Assembly (NCBI GenBank): GCA_012862495.1
Contig: BLSG01000142.1
Coordinates: 100,051 to 160,577, forward strand
DNA: 60,527 nucleotides
Direction: 5' to 3'
DNA from: Thraustochytrium aureum
Lineage: Eukaryota
Position numbers and translations under genes: made by a program. Under the pieces are notes generated by a model. That model was not told the origin of the DNA, did no database searches, and saw only the letters and a list, made by a program, of their open reading frames with translations. Position 1 is the stretch's first letter, and each line of letters begins with the position of its first letter. This document shows, in pieces, positions 1-11,955 of this stretch.

Positions 1-817
1 GTGAGCGGCTTGGCTTGCTGCTTGTTCGAGTGCTCTCAGCTCCCGAACTGCCGCAGCCGAGAATTGAGCGCGCAGTTTAGCGACGGCGCGGACTCCCTCT
101 CCCAGCGCGCTTGTGAGGGTGCATTTCGCGGCTCGTCCAGGCTGGACGCGCGCGAGCCTGAGGCGTGGAGGAGCGGGATGCGCTGATTGGCTCTACTAGT
201 AGTACATGTGCTGCGCGCAAGAATTGAGCGCGTGGTGGTGAGACTGGCCGGCAACGCAGGAGTCAATTTCGCAGGTCTGCCACGTCGCCCTGGCTGAGCC
301 AATCCAGTCTTTCTTCCTCCATCGCTATCCCAACGCGCTCCTGCATGCGGCAGGGGGAAGGAAAGGCAGCCTCCTTCAGAAAACAGCAAGGATTTCCGTC
401 CGCTTTTTTCGCAGTGTAATTCGCTCGGCGGCCAACCACATCGCAAGTTCGCGCGACGCGATACCTAGCCTGAGGTACGCCGCGGCACGAATGCACCCTC
501 CTCGCTCCCACGACGGCGCGCCCGTGCAGATGCCGTAGAGGATGCTGAGTGAGTTGGTGGTCTACTGGAATTTGATCGTTTTGGCGCGCTCGACTCCAGA
601 GCGATGAGTGAATCCAGGCCCGGTGCTGAAATCCGTTGTGGAGCGGGGTTTTTATTCGAAAAAGTACCGATCTTATTCTCTTGTTGGTGTGAAGAGCCGC
701 TGCAATTTGGTCAATTCCAAAAAAACAAATAAATAAATAAATAAAAACCATTCATCCATTCAGCCACAGACCGACTCGGACTCACAAGATCATCATCATC
801 CGTCACGAAGGTTTGTG

Positions 818-852
<35 letters not shown>
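818..852. repeat. (GGCT)n tetranucleotide microsatellite
   Basis: Perfect ggct run upstream of the secreted VWD-like gene. Confidence 0.95.
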
Positions 853-853
<1 letters not shown>

Positions 854-1217
854 TTCATCCATCGCCGCCGCGTCGCGCGTCTCGCTTTGGGGCGCCGCAT
901 GCGTGCGATGGCCTGTTGCCCCTTCAGAGTCTCGATTCGGTTGGCTCTTCGCCGATGAGGTACGGCGCGCCATTACATTTTCAGGCGATTTTTTTCATGG
1001 CTGCCCTCTGGCGCTGAGGGGCGCGCGGGTGCGGCTGCGAGTGGCAAGGTGAAAGTGGCTTGCAGACCCACCTTTCTCGCACCTTGCACAGGCTGAGCGA
1101 GTCGGTGGCGCCTGCAGCAGACCCCCAACGAAAGCAAGACCAGAGCCCTGGTCGAACAGAAAAAGGCCACAAGCGAAGGCAACCAGCAACAAGTAGAGCA
1201 AGCAGCAGACGTCCAAG

Positions 1218-4200
1218 ATGAAGCTCGAGACCGGACTTCGCGTCCTCTCGGCGTGCGGCCTCGCAGCCGCCGTTGCGCTGGGCCAGACCCTCCGACGTTC
1301 CGCAGCCCGTGCGCCCCTCCTCGTGCTCCGGCACGGCTGGCGTCAGCTCCGTGCTCGCCCAAGACAACGTGTGGTGCGGTGCGATGAACCAAATGTCGTC
1401 CAAGGGCTCCGTCGAGACCTGCTGCGCCTCCGAGGCCGGTGACGACCAGCGCCGTCTCCTCGAGGCCATCGGCGCCCGCGACCTCAAGTCGAAGAAGACT
1501 GCCCCCGTTGTTGCCGCTTCCGTCGACCCCGCTGGCATCCCAGGCACCTGCCGCGCCTTCGAGTCCAGTGCGCCATACTGCGACGAAGCGGTCACCCCGG
1601 GCTGCACCAGCTTTCTCAGCGAGAAGGACGTCATGACCATCGATCTCGACATGGAGAACACCGGGACGGCTGGCACCTGCTGCGCGACCTGCACGTGCTA
1701 CGGCGACCCGGAGTGCGTCTCGTTCGACGGCACCCGCGACGAGTGGATCCTTTGCGACGGCCGCAACAGGAAGTGCGCCCACTCCAAAAGCGACTGCCTG
1801 AAGCAGGTCGATCACGCTGGCAACAAGTGCAAGTGGCTCAAGGGCAAAGGATGGCAAGACTTTTCTCGCAGCGGCTCGCCGTGCCAGCCCAACTGGGCCG
1901 TCTCTGGGTACCCCTCGATGACCATGTACGAGGCTGATGGCTTCCAGATCAACCTCGAGCTCAACGAGCGCGGCGTCATCTCCAAGGTTATGATCGTTGG
2001 CTCCAACCAGGTCACGTACTCGATGACTGCAGAGTCCTGCTTCAACGCTGATCCCCGCGTGACCGACGACTCCAGCAGCGCGTGGGACGTCTCCGGCGCC
2101 GATTCCCTGCCCTCCTCTTGGGGTGTCGTCTCGCGGAACGAGCTCCAGATCCTCTGGCGCACCCAGGACGCGGTCGGTATCTTGACCGAGATCGTGTGCA
2201 CCAAGTCCGTTGGCTCGACGCGGCCCCGCCTCAACATCCAGCGTGTCGTCGAGACGGCCGAAACCCGGACCACCTCGGGCGGCTTCTGCAAGACCGGCAA
2301 GATCTCCGAAAAGTCTGGCACGACCGACGTCAGCTCCGTTTTGCATGATGCGTGCCTGCGCCGCAACTTGCCGGACATGCTCACCTCCTGCAAGGCCCTC
2401 GTCGACCCTTCGTGCACGACCCAAACGATCAATGCGAACACGGACCTGTGGTGCGAATCGGCCGATCTTGGAAACACCGAGGTCGCCGGCGACGTCGAGG
2501 CCTGCAAGAACTCCCTCCGCCACGGCACCCCTCTCGAGCGCATCGGGGTCTGGGCCCAATACATTTGCGAGGCGAACCAGCTCGACCCGGAGCTTTGCAT
2601 GAACGAGATCGCCCAGTTCGGCTGGGAGTGGTTCCTCTCCGACTACGGCAACGGCATGGTCGACTCGTCGAGCTCCACCTGCGTGTCGGACGCCTCGACT
2701 TACACCAAGGTGACCGATGCATGCGTTGCCGGCATCGCCGTCGAGTACTTCAAGGACAACGCCTGGACGCAAGCGTTTTTCATCCCGAGCACGATGCCGC
2801 CCTGCAACAACGAGCTCAAGCTGAACGCCGCCGCCTTCCCGGAGCTCTTCATGTACAAGGTGCGCTTCTCTGAGTGCGACCTCGACGCTGTGTGCCAGCT
2901 CTCCAACAGCTGCATGCCGGCCATGGGCTTCTCCGTCGCCTTCACCTACACGACCTCGGACTGCCCGACTCCCGCGCCGACTGCCTCCCCGACCTGCGCC
3001 ACCGCCGTACCCCTGGCGGCGGCGACAGCAACACTGTTGTGGTGACCTCGGACGGCTCGATTGAGATCGTCATGACCGCCGAACTCAACTCGTTGACTTG
3101 CAGAGACGACGACGCCAGCACCAACGTTTACCAGGTCGGCTGCGAGGGCTTGCCCACCTTCACGATGGATATCGAGAACTGCAAGCCGACGCCAGTGTAC
3201 ACCGTCTACACGGTTGACGGCAGCGCAACCTCGTGCGAGGGCCCTGACCTCCCCATCAACGACAACACCGATATCCGGGTCGTCATCCGCGGTGGCGCAA
3301 TGAACGTCTACTACGGTGACAACGTCTTCGACCCCGTCTGCACCAAGCAGCTCCCTGCCCTCCCCAAGGGCGGTGAGGGCGTCTGCGTCTACGAGTCCGC
3401 TCCCAACCGCCCTGCTGCGGACGTCTGCTTCACCGCCGGTCTTGTTGTCAACGACAACAGCGAGAGCTGCTTCACCTGCGTCACGCCGCCGGACCAGCAG
3501 ACGCAGAAGATCTGCGAGATCAAGTCCGAGTCCGAGAAGATGGGGACGTGCGAATCTTGCTGCACTGCTGAGAGCGGCATCTTGAGCCCGAGCGAGGACA
3601 AGAAGTGCCGCCAGCTCGGCATGGATCAGCCGTACTGTGACGAGAAGACAAACAGCGCCCTGTGCAAGAAACTCAGCAAGAACTCCGGCAGCGGCAAGCT
3701 CATCGTCGAGGTCAACATTGAAGACGACACCTCTCTCCAGTGCTGCAAGAGCTGCACGTGCTACGGCGACCCCGAGTGCGTCGCCTTCGACGGATCCCAG
3801 GACAAGTGGATCTTGTGCGACGGTCGCGACGACACTTGCTTTGTCAGCTCGGAAGTGTGCGGAACGCAGAAGGATCACGTCGGCAGGACCTGCGCGTGGA
3901 ACCAGAATCTCGCCAACCAGATTGGAAACAAGCGTGCGGATATCGGAGCGATTGGCTCACCGTGCCAGCCAGACTGGGCTGCCTCGGGCGATGCGTACAT
4001 GACCATGTACACTGTCGCGGGCTTCTCAGCGCGCATCTCCATGGGCGAGCGCGGTGTCATCGAGACTCTCGAACTCACCACAGCCTCCGGCGTTTACACG
4101 CTCGTTGCGGATCGCTGCTTCCAGGGCAATGGCCTCAATGCGTGGGAGCCGCTTGTCGGCAACGCGCTCGACGTCAAATTCCTCAATGGGGCCAGCAAGG

Positions 4201-5078
4201 ACGAACGCTTGGTCGAAATCCTCGACCCCGTCACCGGCATCTACCTGCGCGTGACGTGCATCAAGGCCACCAGCTCCAACAAGAAGATCGTCGGTTACCG
4301 CATGAACATCAACAACCTGATCGAGACCAACCCCAACCGCGTTGGCTCCGGGTACTGCGCTGCCGGTGGAGACATCGAAAAGGGCTTGTCGACCACGGAC
4401 TCTACGGATTTGATTTTCGAGAAGTGCCAGCAGGGCATGGACGACGCTCACCTCACTTGCAAGGCCCTCACCAACCCGTCCTGCACGACCACGCAGGTCG
4501 CCAGCGGCATCGCCGCCTGGTGCGCCGCCGCCAACTTGCCCATCACCGCGGATGCTTGTATCGCTGCCATCGGCAAGTCTTCAGCCAAGTGGGAGGCCAA
4601 GTACTGCGAGGCTATTTCCCCGAAACGCCCCGACGGCATGTCCAAGCAGCAGTGGATCGTTGAGTGCACGGCTGAAGTTCAGGTCAATGGCATCGAGTCT
4701 TTTGTCTCCCAGTACGGCAAGGGCGTGATTTCTAGCGGCGCGAACGCCAAGAACGACCTGTGTGCCGCGTCTGAATCCGACTACAAGCCTCGCACCGCTG
4801 CCAACGCGTGCACCCCTGGTATCTCCGTCGAGTACCAGAAACCGAACGGCGTGTGGGTCGAGTCGTTCTTCATCCCCGCCAACTTTCCTCCGTGCAACGG
4901 CATGCTCGAGATTACCGCCAAGAAACACTACAACCTCTTCACCAAGCCCATGCGCTTCCGCCAGTGCGAGGTGGACTCGCGTGCCTGCCCCGTCACGACG
5001 GGCTGCCTGCCCAACTACGGGTTCGACATCGAGTACCTGTTCACGCAGAACCCCAGCATTTGCCCGGAGAGCCGCTAA
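1218..5078 (+). CDS. Secreted cysteine-rich protein with two tandem VWD-like modules (two apparent frameshifts, ~1290 and ~3000)
   Basis: ATG 1218 gives a signal-peptide-like MKLETGLRVLSACGLAAAVALG-QT. Removing one C of CCC at 1288-1290 joins ORF 1273..3045; a second shift near 2995-3010 joins ORF 2874..5078. Both halves carry CCxxCTCYGDPECVxFDGxxDxWILCDGR, GSPCQPxWAxSG, ERGVI, CKALxxPSCTT and GIxVEY..W..FFIP..PPCN. Strong C-ending codon bias; PTPAPTASPT linker. Confidence 0.75.
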
Positions 5079-5601
5079 AACAAGCGCTTTGTCCTTGCGC
5101 ACAGCATAGTTTGACACACAATGAATTAGTTTCGATCAGCGACTCTCGTCCACATCCACACCGCTGCAAACAAATTCCATTTCTCCATTGCTGCTGTCTT
5201 GTATGTAGTCCGGCGGCCGTTGTGCTCGGCATCGCGAGTCCGTCCGGCCGCAGGCGCCGTGGTGTTCGGGTGCTCTCTTGCTTACAATGCTTCTGAAGCT
5301 AACTCGAAGAATGTTGAAGTCATTCATTCATTCATTGCCAGCACACATCTGTCGCCAAGGGCTACCTGCGCCAATCGGCGAAAACGCGCTGCGCCTGCGG
5401 AAACGAAGCGGCAGGCGCAGCGCGTCCGGACCCAAGCTGCCATCTGAGCTGCTGCTCTCCAGCTCCAGCTGCTGCCGTTGCTCCACGCGAGCGACTTTGA
5501 CGGCTGGTCCTGGGTTAGGTTCAAGCAGGGGAGACGGTGGGTGGCCAGCAACGGACACTTCGAACGAGCCTTGCACGCGTGCCGCAGTACCGCATCGCTC
5601 G

Positions 5602-5756
5602 AGGCGCGGGCGCTGGGGTATCGCTGCGGCATCCAGCCTGACGCGTCGTTTCTATTGCTGACTCAGGCGGCAGCGCGCGGCGAGCGCAAGGCGCAGGCGC
5701 TGGGGTTTCGCTGCGGCATCTCGTCCGACACGTCGTTTCTATTGTTGATTCAGGCG
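5602..5756 (+). repeat. Imperfect 87-bp tandem duplication, possibly degenerate Sel1-like repeats in ORF 5478..5891
   Basis: aggcgcgggcgctggggtatcgctgcggcatc...gtcgtttctattgctgactcaggcg at 5602 recurs at 5689. Translation ALGYRCGIQPDASFLLLTQAAARGERKAQALGFRCGISSDTSFLLLIQA. Confidence 0.6.
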
Positions 5757-5963
5757 CAACGACGACACGGACTGCCTCAGGCAGCCCTCCACGAGGTGCC
5801 GCCCGCCAAGGACCGCAGGAGAATCTGCTGGCGCTTGCTCAGCCGAGCTGGTGCGGACCTGAAGCTGGACGACGGCGACCTTCGGGGCTGAGGAGCCGCG
5901 GAACGTTGGCTTTTGGGGCGCCCGCGTGGCGTTGGTGGTCGCGTGCGCGGCGGCCTCGAGGCC

Positions 5964-8900
5964 ATGGCAGATGCGGCCGTCCAGCCACAGGTTGACGAGG
6001 ATAGCGAGGACGAGGTCGATTTTATCGCGAGCGACGCTTACGATCACCTCGCGCTTGCTGGAGCGGAGGACTGTGCCCACGAGTGTGACGAGTACCTTGC
6101 AGATAAGCGCAGCGGAAAGTTCCAAGCTGAGCTCCAGGTGCTCGCTGGGATCGCAAAACCGCGCGCGCTCCATGGAAAGCAGTCTGGGGACCTCGCGGGG
6201 CTTGGGGGCGCAAAACCCTGGCTCTCGCGCGAAGAGGCAGAGCTCGAGCAGCGAAACCACAAAACTACCTCGCCATGCCAGAAGCGCAGCTTCGTGCGTT
6301 TCGTCCAGCTGTCCCGCACGAACTCAAGGAGGAGCGCAACGAGGAGGCCCTAGAGATCGCGCACGTTACCACGCTACCGCGCCAGGTCCCTGCCGCTGTT
6401 TCCTCCACTGGTCTCACCAAGCTCAAGAGCACGGCCAAGTCGCGTCAGCTTCGGCACGACGCTGCAGTCAAGGCATACAAAGAGGCTGTGATCGAAATCA
6501 GCGAGGAGCTCGAGGTCCTTGTCATCTCTAAAGGGCGCCAACTGCGCGACGAGCTCGAAGGGATCGACGACCAGCTGGCCAAGGCAGTTTGCCAAGTGCA
6601 GGAGGAAGCGCGCCTGCGCTTGCAAGACTACAGCTACGTGACGGCCACATGGGAAACGCTCGCGGGCTTGTGCGAGCTGCGCAAGCAGGCCATTCTCGAC
6701 TTTGGAAAGGCGCTGGAGGGCGTCGAGTCAGCGCGCTCAGCCCGGGTCGGCGACAAACTTGGAGAACTCGTTGACAGCCTCGCGCAAGTAAGCTACAAGC
6801 TCCGAGGCGAGATCGAGCGCCTCGTCGAGCGCGAGACACACGAGGTCAACGTCGTCATCATCAGCAACTTGCGCACCAAGAGCGACCTCGTGGCCAAGAT
6901 GCTCAAGAAGCAGGTTTTCGTATTCCACGCTACAAAGTCAAGCTGGGAAAATGCAGAGACGCGCTGGCGGAACTTGCGCCATCAGCGCGCACTCGACGAG
7001 TGGATGGAGCTCCTGAGCTCAGCGCGCTTCACCGATCCAGAGGAGCGCAACGCGATTGTCGACAAGATGCAAGAGGAGCAGCGCGCGCGTCACCAAGACC
7101 GGCGAATCGACCTGCTGAGCGAACTGCAGCGCCTCGTCCCCGTGGTGCAGTCTGCAAACCCTGCTGGAGAAACAGCAGCGCTTCAAGGGGTTGGCGCAGA
7201 GATCAAAACAGCAGCGCTTCAAGGGGTTGGCGCAGAGATCAAAACAGCAGCGCTTCAAGGGGTTGGCGCAGAGATCCCCGCCTCTCTCCCCGCGCTGACT
7301 GCAGACCGCGTTGAGGAAATTCGCGCTCGACTCGTAGCTGTCGACCTAGAGGAAGAACAGTGTAACCAGGTCGCGTCGCGAGCCTTGTCCGAGCAGCGGG
7401 CGAGCATGCTGCTCGACATGGAACGCTCCAAAGAGGCCCTCCGAGCCGAGCTGCACACTTATGCAGCATTGGCCCCAGACGGAGACATCTTCACGCAAGG
7501 CCGCCGGGGGGAGGGCGCGGCGCATCGAGTTCGTCTCGCCAAGCTGCTGGGCGACAATTCCCTCGACGACTTTTTCCGCCGAGCTGGGGGCTTGAAGACA
7601 GAGATTGCTGCTGTCGTTGCGACCCTCGCAAAGCCAGAGCTCATCCACAACGACCACGTTAGCGCGCTGCAGGCCCGCGTCGTCCTCCTTGACGAGGCTG
7701 CCAAGCTCGCAGCTCAAAAAGAGTCCGAGGGAAAGACAGCGGAACTCCGCGCCATTGAAGCGCTGCTTGAAAAGCTCCGAATCGCAAAAAAGCAGAGCTC
7801 GCCCCGCTCGTGCCAGTGCTGCACCAGCAAGCCTCCAAACTCAACACGGCGTCCTTGGGCGGGCCCCTCCGTGCCGAACTGCGTGTGGCTCTCGACATGC
7901 TTGAGCGTGTCCAGCCCTCCCTGCGCGTGACAAGAAAGGACGAGGACGCCGATGCCAGCGAGCAGGCCTCTTCCAGCGGCCAGGGCGATGCCAATTTCAG
8001 CAACGAAGAAGGGGTAACCGAAGGAGACAACGAGGACGAGGCTGCTTGGGATTCAGGGTTCCACAGTCCTGTTGACAGCGCAGAGCTGGCCTACAAGGAG
8101 AAAACCGCTAAAACCTCGTCGATCTGCGCGACGCCCAGCGCCGCATTGGCACGATAGTGCACGCATCAAATCTGCCGTCGACCTTCAAGGACGAGATTCG
8201 CAGCATCAGGGCTGTGCTCGAGCAGCAAATGCGCGTCAACATGGACGTTGACAAGGTTGTAGCTGAGCACTGCACTTGCGTAATCGCAAAGCGCGACGAC
8301 GAGGTTGCCGCTTTCGCGCAGGTCGTCGTCGAGCACGGCCACGCGCAGCGCGAGCGGCTCAAGGTGAACGCAACAAAGTTGTGCGACTTTTTTGCAAACC
8401 TCGCCAGGATACTCTCTGACGGGGCGCGCGAGGAGGAGGCCACAGACCTCTTCTTCGAAAACGCACTGGACCAGCTTCAAGATGCGTTTGAGGAGCAGGA
8501 CACGCAGCGCGAGGAGGCTTTCAAGGAAACAATCCATGGCCTTCGGCATGCGCCCGATAACGACGCACTGGACAAGAGCTTTCGTGAGGCGCTGCAAATT
8601 CTCGCTGATATTGACGTGGGATACCGCGACTACCATCGGGACGGCGTAAAGCTTGCCAAGCAGCACCCCGCGCGAGCTTTGGAGGAGGCCTGCGAGCAGC
8701 ATGACCGGATCGCTCAGCACTTTGGCCTCGTGCAGGTCGGCACGCTCGCAGAACTCGCTGCAAAAGCAGAGCTCGAACTTGCTCAGTCCGGCTCGGCAGG
8801 GGCCAGTGCAAGGGCCAGTGCAAGGTCTCTGGGTCAGCCGCAACAAGAAGACGTGCCAGGAGGTGGAGATAGTAGCGAGAACGAAATCAGCGAGTTGGAG

Positions 8901-11865
8901 GACAAGGAGCAGGCTGAGCTCCAAGAACCCAATCCCGAGCAGACGCAAGCAGTGGCTTCGCCCAGGTCGGCAACTTCGGCAGCTGGAGCAAAGAGCGTCA
9001 TTGGGGAGGACCCAGAAAGCGATACTGCCGAAGAGGACCTGAGGGCACCAGCAGGGGATGATGCTTCGACAGGCGAACAGAGCAAAGCGGACGCTGTCGA
9101 AGCGCAAGAGCCGCTCGACGTTCTCGGCCTATTTCGATTTCATGTCGTGCAGTCTTGTGAATCCGTCGCCATGGCACTGCTGTCGTGCAAAGCCAAAGAC
9201 GCAGAGAGCGATGAAGAGTCGAGCGTTGCGAGCGACGAGCTGCCTGGCAGTGCGGATGGCAGGTCCGAGGCGGCCTCAGCTTCGGTTGACGGGGAGAGCG
9301 CAAAACATGACACGAGCAACGAGCTCGAGCCAGAAATACAACCCGTGCCTGGGGACACTGCAACGATTGNNNNNNNNNNNNNNNNNNNNNNNNNNNNNNN
9401 NNNNNNNNNNNNNNNNNNNNNNNNNNNNNNNNNNNNNNNNNNNNNNNNNNNNNNNNNNNNNNNNNNNTGCAACGATTGCTCCCCGTGGGCCAGTGCTTGT
9501 CGACCTTGAGGTGCCACTCGAACTCGTTTCTGCCATGGTCGAGCACGTTCGCAACGCCGTTCTCGTTACCTCGTGCGAGTCCCGGCGGGCGCGCATGGCT
9601 GAAATGGATACAATCTGCGCAGAGCGCTGCGAGGACTTCACAGATGAGCTCGAGGAGAGGCTGCGGCTGCACTGGCCGCGAAAGGGGCGCACCGACGTCA
9701 AGTTTCAGCAACCACGAGCTGGCGAGCTCCTCCAGCACAAGCAACGGCATGACAGGCACGTGCGCGCGGTCAGTCTGCGCAACAAGGCGCAAGCGCAGGC
9801 GTTTGAGCGGCGCCTCGCGCAGGTCGAGGGCGCGGTGAAGAAATTTCGCCAGCACATGAACGGGCTCACCTTGCACCTCGAAGCGCAGACAAACGTGGCG
9901 GCACTGCAAGGGATCCTCAAGCGCGGCAAGGACACCGTTGGCGCTTTCCAGGCCGCGATGCAAGAGCAAAAGGAGATCCTGATGCCTTTTGTGCGTCGCT
10001 CAAACGAGTTGATGGAGATGAACGGGCAGTTCCTGTCCACTTGCACGCCGTTCGAGGAGGGCGGGGACTACAATGCGGAAGAGATCCGCCTAGAAGAAGC
10101 TGCACTGCAGCAGGTTGAGGAGGGCCTTTTGCGCGATTTGGCGGGGCGAGCGGAGCGGCTCCAGGGTCTCTTTGCAGAGATCCGCGAGTCTCGCGCTGCG
10201 CTTTCCACCCGTTTCAACGCGGACTTTGAGCGCTGTCTGCAGGCGCTCTCCGTGCGAGAAGGTCTTGGCCAAAAGTATGGACGACGCCGTCGGCGTGGGG
10301 CGCAGGGAAAAGCTTACGCAGCGAGATCGCCATTCTCCGAGAATGCTGAACACCACATTGGCGGTCTGTTGACCAGGCTCGAAGCGCTGTGCCAAGAGTC
10401 CCCTGGGGCTGCGACGACGGATGTTGCAGCTGCCGAGATCAACGGCGGCGACCTGACCTCTGCTCGAACGCTCTCGGAGCAGATCAAGATCTGCGTCGAC
10501 GAGCTGCGCCGCAAGACGTACTTTCGCGCGAAATACCTCGAGTTCTTTCGTGACCCGGACGTGACGCCAGTTCCTGAGCGGGTCGAGCTGCAAGACGCGC
10601 CAGCCACAGTCCCAGACGCTCACGTGGCGGTCGAAGGGGCCCAGAGCGGCAGCGTGGCGTTTCTCGGGCTAGACGACGAAGAAATGGCCAAAGGGGTGGG
10701 GACGGATCCGAGCCCGGGGGCAACCTTCTGGCGCCGTGTGCACGAGGCGGACGTCCAGTGCCAGAAAGATACGAGGGAGCTTTACGCTCGCGAAGGCATG
10801 CTCGACGAACTCAACGAGTCTGGCAAGCGACTTGCGCCGGGTGGCGAGCTCTTGCCTGAATCTCTGGTGAGCTTCTTGAGCGAGTTTGAGCAGCGCGCGC
10901 GAACCTATCGCGAGGACGCATCGAGGCGGCTTCGCTCGCAGCTGGAGCGCATGCAAGACTTACTTCTGGTGGCCCCGCGACTGGCCGTGCAAGATATCGC
11001 GGCGCGCTCGCAGGCTGCGCTCGAAGGGGGCAGAGCGGCTGTGCAGGACTCGCTTGACGAGTTTTGGGAGGACTCTGAACGAGCCAAGGCTGGGCATGAT
11101 GCAATGCTGCGCCCTCGACTCGGCGATCCCAACAACCTGGGCGAGCTCAACCTTTTGTGCGAGAGCGAGGATACTCGTGCGCGAAAAGCGAAAGAGCAGC
11201 TCATTGCTGCGCACGCAGAGCTAGTCGCAGCAGCGCGGAGCGGTACGAGCGCGTTCGTTGATGCGCTGCACCACACAACGCAGTCATTCACCAAGCTTCT
11301 CGACTCGTGCGTTCTCCCCGTTGATCTCAAGGCGCTCCCCGGGGACGATCTCGTCGTCACGAAGCGGATGGGGTTGCGTAAACTGCGCAAAGCTCGCGAG
11401 AAGCACGAGTCTGGTCAAGGCCCTGACGGCGGCCCGGACACTCAGGGCGCTCGCGAGGTGCCCCGCAAGGAGTGGCCGGGGGTCAACTTTGCGCGTCTCG
11501 AGGAGGCCTTGGCCTCCACACGCCCGCTTGAGCTCGCTCGTGCTGACGATGATGGGCAAGGCACGGCACAAGATCAGCCAGGCCAAGAGGACCAGCAGGA
11601 TCTGCCGGTCGGCGGTCTTTTTGACGGTCACGGGATGGCGGCTTCTTTTGCCTCGCTCTCGACGCCTCAACACCGCGCAGCTGTTCAAGCGAGGTTGGAC
11701 GTGTTTTCCGCTTTCTCGGAGTGGCTTGGGGCCTACACGTCCTCCTTTGACGAAAAGTACGCTGCACTCCTCCGGCTCGAGGAACGATGGACCAAATACT
11801 GGGAAGCCTCGGCAGAGAGGCTCCGGCGTCTTGCTGCAGAGCAATCCGCGGCTTCTTTGGTTTAA
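5964..11865 (+). CDS. CCDC180: Coiled-coil domain-containing protein 180 (DUF4455/DUF4456; ciliary FAP76-like), with several frameshifts and one gap
   Basis: ORFs 5913/6275/7810/8157/9058 join after adding one A in the A-runs at ~6262, ~7788 and ~8111. Long helical coiled-coil protein with an acidic middle. Motifs ELEERLRLHWPRKGR..PRAGELLQHKQRHDRHV and LRPRLGDPNNLGELNLLCESEDTR resemble the CCDC180 C-terminal region. Confidence 0.7.
7170..7276 (+). repeat. In-frame 36-bp tandem repeat x3 (TAALQGVGAEIK)
   Basis: aaacagcagcgcttcaaggggttggcgcagagatca repeated three times inside the CCDC180 CDS. Confidence 0.95.
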
Positions 11866-11955
11866 AACATTTCTGACGCTACCGGTAAGATCAATGTTAC
11901 TGTACTCACATGACTAAGGCTCTCGCCGCTGCTCCTGGATGTCCTCGGGCTGGAT

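Noticed and set aside
973..2772. 599-aa minus-strand ORF and similar long antisense ORFs (35754..37382, 48737..50668, 50143..51894, 30153..31763)
   Set aside because: Shadow ORFs caused by high GC3 codon bias of the real genes on the opposite strand; no recognisable motifs.
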